Below, piece after piece: positions 27,741 through 41,926 of a DNA stretch of 64,000 bases; within the stretch, counting starts at the first letter, position 1, and every line of letters starts with the position of its first letter. The notes beneath the pieces are model-generated. The model did no database searches. It was not told the origin of the DNA and saw only the letters and a list, made by a program, of their open reading frames with translations. Both the position numbers and the translations under genes were made by a program. This DNA is from Octopus vulgaris (taxonomy: Eukaryota): NCBI GenBank assembly GCA_951406725.2, contig OX597831.1, positions 2,728,001 to 2,792,000 of the forward strand. Direction: 5' to 3'.

Positions 27741-27978
27741 TACATACATACATACATACACACATACATACATACATACATACATACACACATACATACA
27801 TACATACAGGCGCATGAGTAGCTATGTCGTAAGTAGCTTGCTTATGAACAACATTGTTCCGGATTCATTCCCCCCACTGCGTAGCACCTTGGGCAAGTGT
27901 CTTCTACTATAGCCTTGGGCAGACCAAAGCCTTGTGAGTGGATTTGGCTGACGGAAACTGAAAGAAGCCAGTCGTATA

Positions 27979-28042
<64 letters not shown>

Positions 28043-28650
28043 TGTGTATCCGTGTTTGTTCCCCCAACATCACTTGACAACCGGTGGTGGTGTGTTAATG
28101 GTTCGGCAAAAGAGATCAATAGCATAAGTACTAGGCTTCTAAAGAATAAGTCCTGGGGTCAATTTGCTCGACTAAAAGCAGTGCTCCAGCATGGCTGCAG
28201 TCAAATGACTGAAACGAGTAAAAGAGTAAAAAGAGTAAAGAGTATACATACATATATACACACATACATAAATACATACATACATACATTCAGAGATACA
28301 CACATACATACATTCATAGATACACACATACATACATACATTCATAAATACATGCACATATACATTCATAAATACATACATACATAAATACAGACATACA
28401 TGCATACATTCATACATTCATACATACATAAATGCATACATACATTCATAATTACATAAATACATACATAAGCATACCCATACACACACACACACACATA
28501 CATACATACACACATACATACATACATACACACATACACACATACATTCATAAACACATACATACATACATTCATAAACACATACATACATACATACATA
28601 CATACAAACATACATACATACATACATACATACATACATACATACATACA

Positions 28651-28714
<64 letters not shown>

Positions 28715-28752
28715 CATACATACATACATACATACATACATACATACATACA

Positions 28753-28818
<66 letters not shown>

Positions 28819-29030
28819 CATACATACATACATGCATGCATGCATGCATACATACATACATACATATATACATTCATACATACATTCATACATACATACA
28901 TACATAAACACATACATATATACATACATACATACATACATACACACATACATACCATTCATAAACACATGCATACATACATATACGTATATACATGTAC
29001 AAAGCAAACACACAGACAGACATAGGTAGA
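27438..29030. repeat. (CATA)n/(CA)n field containing a family A SINE (+, 27808-28243)
   Basis: Directly visible. The SINE head AGGCGCATGAGTAGCTATGTCGT starts at ~27808. Confidence 0.9.
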
Positions 29031-29599
29031 CAAACAATAGTACATGCTTGAACGTATGCATCTGTGTATGTTACTAGTGTGTGTGTGTGTGTCTGAGTGC
29101 GTGTGTGCGCGCGCGCGTGCATGTGTGACCTCCTACTCCCTCCCTCCACCACCACCACCGCTAAAGATATTTCTCATTCAATTAAATCGCAATTAGTTTA
29201 ATCGCATCAAAAGATTAATAATAAAGCGATAAACAATACATTTATTGACCCTCACCTTACCACCACGCCAACCTCCTACTTTTACCCCACACCACCCACA
29301 TACACACACACACTACACACACAAAGTCTCGAACCGACCCTCCCTTCACACACTAACTACTCATACCATCTCCAGCCACCACCACCACCACCACCGCCAC
29401 TACCACCATTGCTGCAATAATCTCATTTAACAGTTATAAAGTAAGGTTTCAGATCTTAAGCAATATTTTCACCAACAGAAACCTCACTCGTGCACTTTTG
29501 TTGTTTCACAGAGACAGTTGTGTTTTTCAGATTTTTTCTCTCAGCACTGGCTCTTGCCAATCAGTCATGTGCTGCGTAGAGTGGAAGGTAAGAAGTGTG

Positions 29600-29669
29600 G
29601 AAAATATAGAATGGAATAGAACAGAATAGAATAGAACAGAATAGAATAGAATAGAACAGATAGACAGGC

Positions 29670-29706
<37 letters not shown>

Positions 29707-30174
29707 CACAGAGACAGATAGTCAAACAGACAGATAGATAGACAGACAGCCAAGTAGACAGAGACAGACAGACAAACAGAAACACAGCAGACAGAGAATC
29801 AGAGAGATAGACAGTCAGATAGATAGATAGGCAGATAGACAGAGAGAGAGAGAGAGAGAGAGAGAAACAGACAGACGGATAGAATAATGAATGATGGAAT
29901 GAAAAATAGATAGATAGATACACAGAGGCAGATAGTTAGACAGATAGATAGACAGGCAGACAGATAGATAGACAGACAGACAGATAGATAGACAGACAGG
30001 TAGACAGACAGACAAACAGAAATACAGCAGACAGAGAGTCAGAGAGATAGACAGTCAGACAGATAGATAGGCAGATAGTCAGATAAACAGACAGAGACAA
30101 ACAGAGAGAGAGAGAGAGAGAGAGAGAAACAGACAGACGGATGGATGATGAATGATGGAATGAAAAATAGATAG

Positions 30175-30233
<59 letters not shown>

Positions 30234-30335
30234 CAGATAGATAGACAGATAGATAGATAGATAGATAGAGATAGATAAATAGATAAACTGATAGATAGGT
30301 AGATAGATAGATAGATAGACAAATAGATAGATAGG

Positions 30336-30415
<80 letters not shown>

Positions 30416-30530
30416 CAGATGAATAAATGAATGAATAGATGGATGGATGGATGGGTGGATGGATGGGTGGATGTATGGATATATGGATAGAGGGCGAGAT
30501 ACATACATACATACATACATACATACATAA
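29600..30530. repeat. (GATA)n/(GACA)n compound microsatellite with an internal ~0.25-kb duplication
   Basis: The unit ACAGCAGACAGAGA.TCAGAGAGATAG...GAATGATGGAATGAAAAATAGA occurs at ~29780 and ~30020. Confidence 0.9.
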
Positions 30531-31146
30531 CTCCACCTCAACCAAGGTTTTACCAGTAGAGTTTCGTTCCAGAATATTTTTGTTTACAAAATTAACTGAC
30601 CATGACATATTCTTCCCTCCAGGTTATGGCCATTTGAGCTTGGTAAGTCGTCCATACAGCCAAGTGCTTTATAGGTGCAAAACTATTGGTCATTCTCTGA
30701 CCAACCATAACAAACCACTTTCTAAATATATTCTTTTATTCTTTTACTCATTTCAATCATTTGGCTGTGGCCATGCTGGGGCACCACCTTGAAGGGTTTT
30801 AGTCACACAAATCAACCTCAGAACTTATTTTTTTTAAGTCTGGTACTTGTTCTATCGGTCTCTTTTGCCAAAGTGCTAAGTTATGGAGATGTAAACACGC
30901 CAACATTGGTTGCCAAGTGGTGGTGGTGGTGGTGAGGGCAAAACACACATACACACACACACACACACGCACATTCTGTCTACCAAATTCATTCACAAGT
31001 CTATAGTAGAAGACACTTGCCCAAGGTGCCATGCAATGGGACTGGACCCAGAACCATGTGGTTGGGAAGCAAGCTTCTTGACCACACGGCCATATTTGCA
31101 ACTCCACTTCTCAGCCATAATCATCATCATTATCATCATCATTTAA

Positions 31147-31367
31147 CCCTTTAGCATTTAAACCGGCCATATCCGGCCAAAAGTATTCTGCCTGTTTTAT
31201 GTTCAAACTGGCCAGATCTGGTCTCTCGTACCAACCCTACAATATCATTTTAAAAATTAACAGCTACCTCATCAAAATCTCATAGCTACAAGATAATGCA
31301 TGATTAGTTCAAAACAATGTGGATAAAAAAGGATTAATTTTGGCAGAATAATGTGAACACTAAAGGG
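31147..31367. mobile_element. piggyBac-type MITE inserted into an RTE 3' tail
   Basis: Reads TTAA-CCCTTTAG...CTAAAGGG-TTAA. A partial second copy lies at ~24875-25017. Confidence 0.85.
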
Positions 31368-32039
31368 TTAATGTCTGTTGTCCATGCTGGCATGAGTTGG
31401 ACAGTTTGACCAGAGCTGGCCAGCAGGAGAGCTGCACCAGGCTCCAGTCTGCTTTGGCATGGTTTCTACAGCTGGTTACCCTTCCTAATGCCAACCACTT
31501 TACAGAGTGTGCTCAGCGCTTCTATGTGGCACTGCACAAGCGTCTCTACATCGCATGGGCACAAGTGCTCTTTACATGTGCTGGACTTTTGCAGGTTAAT
31601 CCTCTTTGCCAAGATGGCAGCATTGACTACTGACAGCCTGGCAGAACAGTCATTATTACAGATTTTGACTAAGTCCATCTTTACCTGCTGCAATGTTATC
31701 ATTACTGGAATCTACAAACATAAAAAAAAAACTAACTTTTTAAATCAAAGCTGGACCTCTTCCTGTCGAGAGTCCCAGATGAACCTACCTCATGGCAAGA
31801 GGTGCAAATGAGGGTAGCCATATCAAACTCCATTCTTCACCAAGTTATTAGAGGAAGATCTCAGTAATAACAGTGTAGCAAAACGGTGGTGCATCAGCAT
31901 GGCCACAGCTCTGAGCTGAAACTAGAGAGAAAAAAGAAAAAAAAAACTGGACAGTTGAAGTTCTGTAACATTTTCAGAGTGCATCACTGCATCTCAGATG
32001 ATAAATCACTGCATATTAATGTGCAAAGTGTATTTCTCA

Positions 32040-32735
32040 ATAAGGAAAAGACAAAGTTTGGTTATCAGATAAATTCATTCATTTTTGGACTAAGTTTTTG
32101 GACCTTATTCATCAGGTGATATGTGACAGTATGATGAGAGCATCCCATCTGTTGAGCTGATATCCTAGAGAATTGGTGCAGATCCTTGTGGATGAGCTGA
32201 TACAATTGATCCTCACTGAATAGAACAGACTGGCCAGAATGCAGAATGCCTGTGAAGTTAAATTTCCTTTCCTTAGTTCATGAAAACCATTCCTGTACAA
32301 GTCTTTCAGTAACTGGTACTCTTCGGTTTATGATGACAATGGTTCCAGTTGATCTGACCAACGGAACAGCCTGCTTATGAAATTAATATGCAAGTGGCTG
32401 AGTACTCCACAAACATGCATATCCTTTATGACCCTTAATGTAGTTCACAGGGAGAGTCAGTGTGACACAGAATGTGACGTGGCCAGCTTTTTGAAATACA
32501 GGTACCACTCATTTTTGCCAGCTGAGTGAACTGGAGCAATGTGAAATAAAGTGTCTTCTTCAAGGACACAATGTGCGACTGCAGCTGGGAATTGAACTCT
32601 TGACCTTACAATCACGAGCTGAGTAACCTAACCACTAAGCCACATGCCTTCATTCTTTCAGTAATAGTGTCTTCTCCATACACAGCACAAATGTCTTGAG
32701 TCACTTTTGGCAGCTTTGGAACCTTGAGTGAAAGC
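32040..32735 (-). mobile_element. Mariner transposase remnant split by a family C-headed SINE (32313-32653)
   Basis: Minus strand gives AKVTQDICAVYGEDTITER, continuing as WFS..NFTGILHSGQ across frameshifts. TCTTTCAGTAA is duplicated on both sides of the SINE. Confidence 0.75.
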
Positions 32736-32849
32736 AAAGAGATGCAGATGTCAAAAGTGGTGCCCCAGCATGGCCACAATTCAATGACTGAAGCAATGAA
32801 AAGATAACAGATAAAGACATTGCATCATGTGACTCAAACTAATGGTCCT

Positions 32850-33262
32850 GCTGTTCTTGAGGAGACCTATTGAGTCAAGTACGTCAACACCGACATCAAA
32901 ATAAAAGTCAAATGGAAATTGTAGTTAAGATGCCCGTGCCGGTGACACGTAAAAAGCACCATCCGAACGTGGCAAATGCCAGCGCCGCCTGACTGGCATC
33001 CGTGTCGGTGACACGTAAAAGCACCAACCGATCATGGCCGTTTGCCAGCCTCCCTCGGGACCCTATGCCGGTGACACGTAAAAATCACCCACTACACTCA
33101 CAGAGTGGTTGGCATTAGGAAGGGCATCCAGCTGTAGAAACACTGCCATATCAGACTGGAGCCTGGTGCAGCCTCCTGGCCTCCCAGACCCCAGTCGAAC
33201 CGTCCAACTCATGCTAGCATGGAAAACAGATGTTAAACGATGATGATGATGATGATGATGAT
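32850..33262 (+). mobile_element. RTE 3'UTR with internal ~65-bp repeats and (GAT)n tail
   Basis: Repeated GCCGGTGACACGTAAAA(A)GCACC and the shared terminus. Similar copies lie at 34190-34530 (+), 48495-49040 (+) and 54857-55340 (-). Confidence 0.85.
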
Positions 33263-33639
33263 CAGTATGATGTAAAAAGATAAAATTTAGTTGAATAAAT
33301 CTTCTTAGAAGTGAAGCAACTCTTGTGTCTACAGTTTTATGTACATATATGTTTTACTTTGAAATATGATTGAGCTGTTTTTTAAATGTTTACAAAGCAA
33401 TTAATGTTGGCCTGCTCGCTTAACCAGCTAAAACAATGCAAAAGTGCATTGTGACCAGCAATGTGTAACAACAGCTGATAGTCAGTCTGGTCGGTCATGT
33501 GGTCATGTGATATAGCTTATCTATTAAAAAAATTTAGATAATTTAATGACATATAGACAGTTAAGCCTGGTGCAGTCTTCTGCCTAGCCAGCTCCTGTCA
33601 AACCATCCAACCCATGCCAGCATGGAAAGTGTACATTAA

Positions 33640-33671
<32 letters not shown>

Positions 33672-34019
33672 ATGAATGTATATGATATATATATGATACA
33701 AAACCACATTCAAATACAAATCTAAAACAGAAAAAATACACGAGCGAAGAAAGGAAAAAACATCAATTCAACACTAAGTACCCCAATTGATCGCACACCA
33801 CAAGGTTCAGTGGAACCTGCTGAAGCCAGCCAACACATTCATGGCATTAATATGAGTGAAGGTGAGGCTAAAGCGTAGGAGCAGCCAAACACCCTCATGG
33901 GCATCGCCTGCCATCTCAGTAAGGCAAGCTGTCAATGATGAAATATCTTACTTGACTCATTATAAAGTAGATGAAGACAAGGTACCACAGCAATGAATGT
34001 CACATCTTCACCAAGGAAA

Positions 34020-34165
34020 ATGATCCATGCTTACAGGAATAAGCTCAATAAACTGGAAGTGGAATTTGAGACTGCTGCAACAGAGGACAACAGAAAAGAA
34101 GCAATCTTGCTGTTTATTGCAGGTTAAGATCTTTGTTGAATTTATCATACACTAAATGACAACAA
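34020..34165 (+). mobile_element. Possible Gypsy gag N-terminal remnant
   Basis: RKEAILLFIAG*DLC*IYHTL resembles the K.ALLL..G....I..TL motif of Gypsy gag. It is short and contains stops. Confidence 0.3.
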
Positions 34166-34681
34166 ACTAATATTACACATATTATACATATTGTCGCTGT
34201 GATATCAGTGCTGGTGGCACATAAGAGAACCATCCGAACGTGGCCGTTGCCAGTGCCGCCCTGACTGGCTTCCGTGCCGGTGGCACGTAAAAAGCACCAT
34301 CCGACCGTGGCCGTTTGCCAGACTTGTCTGGCACCTGTGCAAGTGGCACGTAAAAAGCACCCACTACACTCATGGAGTGGTTGGCGTTAGGAAGGGCATC
34401 CAGCCGTAGAAACATTGCCAGATCAGACTGGGCCTGGTGCAGCCTTCTGGCTTCCCAGACCCCAGTTGCACCGTCCAACCCATGCCAGCATGGAAAGCGG
34501 ACACTAAACGATGATGATGATGATGATGTGATACTTGGGGATGTCAGTTAAACACTCACTATATATTTGGTCCTCACTTCAGCTTTATTATTATTATGAT
34601 TTTAGTGCCTTTGTCATTACACATCTCGCAACCTCTTCGGCAACTCTTTATCCCATGTATCTCTTGTTCTGCTTATTCTAT

Positions 34682-34728
34682 TTTGTCTGAAGAGGTCATT
34701 GGATGTGTGACAAAAGATCTTTGACAAA
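34682..34728 (+). ncRNA. Degenerate hammerhead motif inside a fold-back Penelope-like fragment (34555-34780)
   Basis: TTTGT-CTGAAGA-GGTCA..TGAC-AAAA-GATC-TTTG-ACAAA. The flanks CACTATATATTTGGTC and GACCAAATATATAGTG are inverted repeats. Confidence 0.45.
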
Positions 34729-35239
34729 GAGACTAAAACAATAATAGTAAAGCTAAAGTAAAGACCAAATATATAGTGTATGTGTTTAATAAGCAATAAA
34801 TGACAATATTTGTTTCAACAGACAATTTCATATCAAGAATCTGGCAAAACCAGTACATAAATGTAATAATATTATACAGTTTGTGTCAAATAACAGACAG
34901 GTCTGACCTAACATATGTGGATGTTTATCAATGGCTGGATGCCAAATGGTCCCCTTAAGACATACTTTACTGTTTATGACAGTTGTAAATCTTATATTAT
35001 AAAAGAGCTGATCTTCTTTATGTGTGTAACAACATCTGTGTAGAGAGAAGGAAGAAGGGGAGAAGAAACAATTGTTGTTGCAAGAGAAATCCAATTAGAG
35101 AGAATGAGAGAAAGTGTGAGAGATAGATAAATAGGTAGTGTTGTCACCTTAGTAATAAGTTTTGATTTAAAATGCGAGAATTTTAAGTGCAAGTCTGTCA
35201 ACACAATGCAACAAAGACTTCAAATAAAGACTATATGTA

Positions 35240-35451
35240 TCTATATAATACATATAATTGGGGGAGTTGTTTGTTTGCTTGTGTGTGTGTGTGTTTGTGT
35301 GTGTTTGTTTGTGTTTCTACATGTACTTCAACATATAGACAATGTAACACAGACTTTAAGAAAAGACTTTCACTTAGAAAAATTTATGGAGGTATGTGCA
35401 TGATTAACAAATATTTTTTCCAGAGCAGCGTAGCAACGGGTAACGACCTAG
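35240..35451 (+). mobile_element. Non-autonomous Helitron
   Basis: A|TCTATATAATA 5' end, internal (GTTT/GT)n, a degenerate subterminal hairpin (GCAGCGTAGCAACGGG) and a CTAG|T 3' end. Confidence 0.6.
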
Positions 35452-35749
35452 TAAAGAATGAAAGTGAAATATTTGCTTATCTTTGACTCCTCATGAAACT
35501 CCAGGAATTCAATGATCTTCCTCTATCTCACCTGATTTCTATATCAGCAGTTCTTTCTGTTTTTATGTTTGTGTGTATCTGAAGAGGAGGATGACAATGA
35601 TGATGACAATGATGATGATGATTATAGTATCACTTAGAAAGCTGAGAATTATGATGGTGACTATGAAGTCATAAAATTAAGAAGAAAAAAAAAAGGACAT
35701 ACATGAGCAGCAGTGGGGATTTCACACATGCACACACACACACACATAC

Positions 35750-35810
<61 letters not shown>

Positions 35811-36123
35811 CAACCAAACACACGTATATATAGCAGGAGGAGGAGGATAAGAAGGCATACAATAATGAGGAACATGATTATAGTGTTATGTATAACATGC
35901 ATAATATATGTGTGTGTGTGTGTGTGTGTGCACGCGTGTGTATGTATGTTTATATGCATGTAAATATATATATACATATACATATGCACATATATGTGTA
36001 TATAATGACATATATCAATGCGTGTGTGTATGCTTGTGTAAACATATACACGTGTATGTATATATGGGGATGTAGTAGATATGTATACATATAAACATAC
36101 ATATATACATGCATAGGTGTGTG

Positions 36124-36169
<46 letters not shown>

Positions 36170-36539
36170 TGTGTGTGTTTGGATGCATATATGTGAATGT
36201 GTAGATACTTATGTGTATGAGTGTGAGTCTGTGTATATAAACATGTATAATGATATTGCGGTTTCGTTTCTTTCAATAAAGAAACTTGTGATGTAATTAG
36301 GATTGGTTTTCTGCCAAAGAAAACCATTCCGACTTATATCTCCTCCCACTCTTCTCCCCCCCCCCCCAGTATCCCTTCTGCCATCTTTTCTCATGTCTCT
36401 CCCTTTCTTCCTCTTGCTACTACTACCACCACCACCACCTCCACTCTCATTCTTATCCAACTCCTATCTATCCTATCTATCTATCTATCTATCTATCTAT
36501 CTCTCTATCTATCTATCTATCTGTCTGTCTATCTATCTG

Positions 36540-36570
<31 letters not shown>

Positions 36571-36652
36571 ATCTATCTATTTGTCTGTCAGTCTATATGT
36601 CTATCTGTCAGTCTGTTTATCTGTTTGTCTGTCTGTTCGTCTATCTATCTAG

Positions 36653-36687
<35 letters not shown>

Positions 36688-36757
36688 GTCTATCTATCTA
36701 TCTACCCACCCTTCCTCTGTCTGTCTATCAGTCTATCCTTCTATCCATCCATCCATC

Positions 36758-37108
36758 CTGCTGCAACTGATGGTCTTGCACCTTCTTAAGAGGATTTACT
36801 CATGGTTGCAGTCTAAGACACACTCAAGTTGATTGCCGGAATCTTACCAATTCCATATTCTGGCAGCAACAACAACAGCAGCAGTAACAGTTAAGAATCT
36901 ATCATGTCAAAGCAATAATTTTTAACTCCAGTATTGAATCACTTCTCGTCAATAATGGCAGCAAAGATTAAAATTTTGGTAGCATGCCCCATCTCATCTT
37001 CCAATCTAATAAGGAAGGCAGCAGAGGAATTAATTCTTCAATGGTAAAATGGTGGAAAGGTAAACTCTTAGAGGATGACGTTATGTAAAATTGGATGATT
37101 TCTAACAC
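36758..37108. repeat. Triplicated non-coding module, block C copy 1
   Basis: Aligns by eye with 39671-40045 and 41741-42110 (TCTTAAGAGGATTTA, GAATCTTACCAATTC, GTCAAAGCAA, AGTATTGA, TCTCGTCA). Confidence 0.88.
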
Positions 37109-37277
37109 TGTTACCTTTTGGTACAATTCTTTCCATTTAGATTTGAGAACAATGCCATACTGCACTGAAATTCAATGAAGTAGCAACTTGATCATTTCAC
37201 ATGCTAAAAATAATAGCCAAACCTCAATCTACCTCTGTTATGATGTGGTGTTTTCCACAGTTATAATGTGTGGCCAC

Positions 37278-37913
37278 TGTTGTGACTGTGGCTGCTGTAT
37301 CTTCTCTAGAAGCCACAGTATTTTCTTGGCATCGAATACAACGTATCTCTTCTTTTCTGGTGTCATCATTGTTCGACCGTGTTCGAGACAATGGAATTTA
37401 CCATGCTATGCCAGACTTCACGGTCCATCATGGCATTATGGAGGTCCTGTTGCTGGATGCCTGTATCCCTGGAGATTACATCAGGGTAGGAGAATGTGCG
37501 CCCTCTGGTATTGCGAGTAGATGGCTTCCAGAGGAGAAGAGTAGAAATTACCTCTTTTTCAGCTCTACAACAATGTCCAGCAAACTGGACTCTTCTACCT
37601 TTCACAAGAGATGACACAGGTGGTAGTTTCCCATATGTTTGCATATTCTGGTATGGTAATACACTGCTTTATCTATCGTGCTATGCTATTGCTGATAGCT
37701 CTGCAAGACACCAAATTTGAACCGTCTACCTTGACTATGACTCGAACTCGACTCTAACATGAAACTGACACTTAACTCCAACTGAGATCTTGTACAGCGA
37801 CTCTACAATGACTGACACACGACTCCCTGTACTGGTTGATGTCGTCTCATTTTACATTGGCTGGCTCATACTACTAGTCTTGTGGGAGGGAGTGTACCAG
37901 TTCCACTACAACA
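37278..37913. mobile_element. Putative solo LTR carrying an inserted LINE 3' end (37362-37645, -)
   Basis: Termini are TGTTGT...ACAACA, with no TSD seen. The inner piece is a close copy of ~2310-2595 and is flanked by a TTCTGGT TSD at 37355-61 and 37646-52. Confidence 0.55.
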
Positions 37914-38216
37914 CTTTGTGTCTTTTTTTAAGATCTGAAAGCAGCTGCAGAAATGAGAAAGTGAAAAAAAAGAGATTTCTAGATTTCAAAACTTTTTTTT
38001 AGTCTTTGACTTCTGTCAGAACTCCTGGAATTTAATGACACGACTAAATGTGATTTCATTACCATTACCAGAATTGTCTCTATTTATTGTATGTTAATGC
38101 TTTTCTTATGATGATGATGATGATGATGAAGATGATGAGTAAGAGGGGTGGGGAGGACAATAACGATGATGACAATGCTGCACTCATGCACAAATACACA
38201 CACTCACAGACACATA

Positions 38217-38590
38217 CAGGGTGCGGTGAATGAATGGTTATCTAAATTACACAAAAATGAAAATAACACTGGCATCTCATTTTAACAGATATATTTACCA
38301 AAATTACATGAAAATATCTTGAAATACTAAGGAGTAAATTTATCCAATAAAAGCGCCATTGGCTTCAACCATGACATCCAGACGACTTCGGAATCTCCTG
38401 CAGCTCTTCTGGACACTCTGTTTGTTTAAGTTGGTGAATGCTACCATAATCCTTGCCTTCAGTTCATCTTTGGTGTTACAAGGAGTTTTGTTGGCCTCTC
38501 TCTCAACTGTGCCCCACACATAATAATCAAGAGGTTGTAATGTGGGGTGTTAGGTGGTCAGATGTTAGGGGTGATATGGCAGCAGAAATT
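38217..38590 (-). mobile_element. Tc1/mariner (DD37D/maT-like) transposase C-terminus and TIR
   Basis: Minus strand gives ITPNI*PPNTP..PLDYYVWGTVEREANKTPCNTKDELKARIMVAF...RRFRSRLDVMVEANGAFI. The end reads TA-CAGGGTGCGG. Confidence 0.8.
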
Positions 38591-38677
38591 GCTGAACACA
38601 CCAACACCGGTTGTCAAGCGATGGTGGGGGGGACAAACACAGACACACAAACATACACACACACACACACATATATG

Positions 38678-38750
<73 letters not shown>

Positions 38751-38912
38751 GACGGGCTTCTTTCAGTTTCCATCTAACAAATCCACTCACAAGGCTTTGG
38801 TCAGCCTGAGGCTATAGTAGAAGACACTTGCCCAAGGTGCCACACAGTGGGATTGAACACAGAACCATGTGGTTGGTAAGCAAGCTACTTACAACACAGC
38901 CACTCCTGCGGC

Positions 38913-38948
<36 letters not shown>

Positions 38949-39360
38949 TCCTCGTCATCATCCTGATATATTTGTTTTCATGCCAGCATGCGTTGTACAG
39001 TTAGACAGGATCTGTACAGCGAGTGGCAAAGTTAGCTTTCGCATGATTTCTATGGCTGGATGCTCTTCCTAACATGTCCAGTGTGCCACATAATGGAATT
39101 GAACCTGAAACCACGTGGCTGTGGTGTGTGATGTGTGCTTGTGCTAGTCTCTCGTGGGTGCTGGTTTGTTTGCATCCCCACAACAGCAATTTGGTAGAAG
39201 GAGACTCATCAAATATGGAAAAGACTTCAAAAATATGTATTAGGGTCGTTTTATTGACTAAACCTTTTTAAAATGGTCCCTCAGCCATCCGAAGATTGAA
39301 ACAACTAAAAGAATACAGAATAAAGAAAATATGTTTGTAGACATACATATACACATATAT

Positions 39361-39399
<39 letters not shown>

Positions 39400-39670
39400 C
39401 ACATGTGTGTGTGTATGTGTGTTTGTATTTATCTATAACTTTACACTTTCCAGTGAGTCTTGTGAAGTAATTGGAATCAGTATATTCTGTCAAAGAAAGT
39501 CGTTCTAACTCTAACTCTTCCTCTTCTACTTCCCCTACTCCTCTTACTCCCCTTCTTCTTCTCTCCTCCACCCCTTTCTTCCTCTGTCTCCTGCTATTCT
39601 TTTTTTTTTTGTCTCCTTCTCCTTCTACCTCCTCCTCACTCATCCTTCTCTTTCTCCTATCTGTCTGTCT

Positions 39671-40045
39671 TGCTGCGACTCACGGTCTTGCACCCACCTC
39701 TTAAGAGGATTTACTGATGATTGCAAGATTGCAATCTAAGACACACTCTAGCTGATTGCCAGAATCTTACCAATTCCACATGACAACAACAACAACAACA
39801 CCAACAACAATGGCGTTTTGGAATCGATCACGTCAAAGCAATAATTTTTAACTCCAGTATTGAATCACATCTCGTCAATAATGGTAGCAGAGATTAAATT
39901 TCAAGAGTCTGCCCCATCTCTTCTTCCAATCAACTGTAGAAAGCAGCAGAGAAATTAATTCCTCAATGGTACTTGATAGTAGAATGGTAAACTCTTAGAG
40001 AGTGATAGGTGGGCGGTGTTATATAAAGTTGGGTACCTTCTGACA
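39671..40045. repeat. Triplicated non-coding module, block C copy 2
   Basis: Aligns with copy 1 at 36758-37108. Confidence 0.88.
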
Positions 40046-40459
40046 TCGCAACAGTTTAATAGTGCTATGTAGTAAACATTTAATTAACAAATTAATTAAT
40101 GTATGAATTAATTAATTAATTACTTCAGGTTGCCAGCTTATGCAGCATCCTCATCATCATTTGATGTCTGCTTTCCGTGCTGGCATGGAGTGGATTGTTT
40201 GACTGGAGCTGGCAATGCCAGGAACCACACCAGACTCCATTGGTTTCTATGACTGGATGCCTTTCCTAATGCCAACCACTCCATAGAGTGTACTGGGTGC
40301 TTTTAATGTGGCACCAGTACTGTTATGCAAATTATATAAATTTAGTTCTGTCTGTGTCTCTGTGTGTAAATAGCTTTAAGCTACTATTCTCTGTTGGAAG
40401 AGTATTTTTCTTTTACCTCTTAGGGAAGGAGTGGTATTGGCCATGACCTTTAATTTTCT

Positions 40460-40711
40460 CAGGGTCTCTGAGACTGGTGGAAAGAAGGACAGATGTTATC
40501 CGCAATTGATGACCTGATCTAAATTCTTTTAGTAGAATAAATTCCAGCAAAGACTCTCAGGGACCAGGGTGGAGTGATAATAAACCAAATGACAGTCTGA
40601 GTCTATCATCCAAGAACTCAGAACACACAAAAAAAAGGACCAAATACCACAAGGTATTTTGCTCATTGTTTTAACAATACTGCCATTCCATTTCTGGAAT
40701 TTTATCAATCC
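40460..40711. repeat. Left arm of a ~250-bp inverted duplication (partner 43599-43851)
   Basis: Reverse-complement match with few substitutions. The ORF track shows the same peptide on opposite strands (40529-40792 and 43602-43904). Confidence 0.92.
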
Positions 40712-41397
40712 CAGAAGGATGAAAGACAAAATTGATCTTGGTGAGATTTTAAACTCAGAACACAAGGAGCTGGAACAAATAAAATACCACAAGGTATCAT
40801 CTTTGACACTCCAACAAGTTCACCAGTCTGTTACCCTAGGCCGGTCCTTTATTTTATTGACCCTGAGAGGCTGCATGTTAAAGTTTCCTGACACCCAGCT
40901 TGTGGGGAAACGGAAATGAGTGGGCAGGGAAATGAATGACACCACACACACACAGGCTTTTTCTTAGTTTCTATCTATTGAATCCACCCACACAGGCTCT
41001 GGTTAGCCTGGGGACAATAGTATAAGACTCAGTAGGATTGAACCTGAAACCATGTGGTTGAAAAACAAATTTCTTAACCATGCAGTCATACCTGTGTGTG
41101 TGTGTGTCTTGTGTGTGCACGTGTGTGTGTGTGCATGTGTGTGTGTATTGTGTGCATGTGTGTGTGCATGCGTGTGTATATTGTGTGCATGTGCATGTGT
41201 GTGTGCATGTGTGTGTATTGTGTGTATTGTGTGTGAAGACATATGGTTAAATGGTTAGGTTAGTGGAGTATGTATGCATGTACATGTATGTGTGTGTGCA
41301 CGTGTGTATGCATGTATGTGTGTGTGTGCACGTTTGTGTGTGCATGTATGTGTGTGCATGTATGTGTGTGCATGTATGTGTGTGCATGCATTCGTTT

Positions 41398-41435
<38 letters not shown>

Positions 41436-41740
41436 TGTGTGTGTGAAGACGTATGGTTAAATGGTTAGATTAGAGGAGTGGAGTATGTATGCTTGTATGT
41501 GTGTGTGCATCTATGTGTGTGCATGCATTCATTTTAGTTTGTGTGTGTGTATCTATATGCATCTATAATGAAGTTAGGATTTCTCTTCTTTCGATAAGAC
41601 ACTTGTGAAATAGTTGGAACCAGAATATTCTGCCAAAGAATGCCATTCTAACATTTTCCACCTCCCCCTTCCCCTCCTCCTCCTCCTTTCGTCTACTTCT
41701 TCTACCTCCTCGTTCTCTTCTCTCCCTCGTATCTTCCCAT

Positions 41741-41875
41741 CCTGCCGTGGCTCATGGTCTTCTTGCACCTTCTTAAGAGGATTTATTCATGATTGCAATC
41801 TAAGAGACACTCTAGCTGATTGCCAGAATCTTACCAATTCTGCACTCTAGACAACAACAACAACAACATCATCAT

Positions 41876-41926
<51 letters not shown>

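Noticed and set aside
39714-39745. CTGATGA followed by a TTGCA/TGCAA hairpin
   Set aside because: No GAAA follows the stem, and the word is not conserved in the other two module copies.
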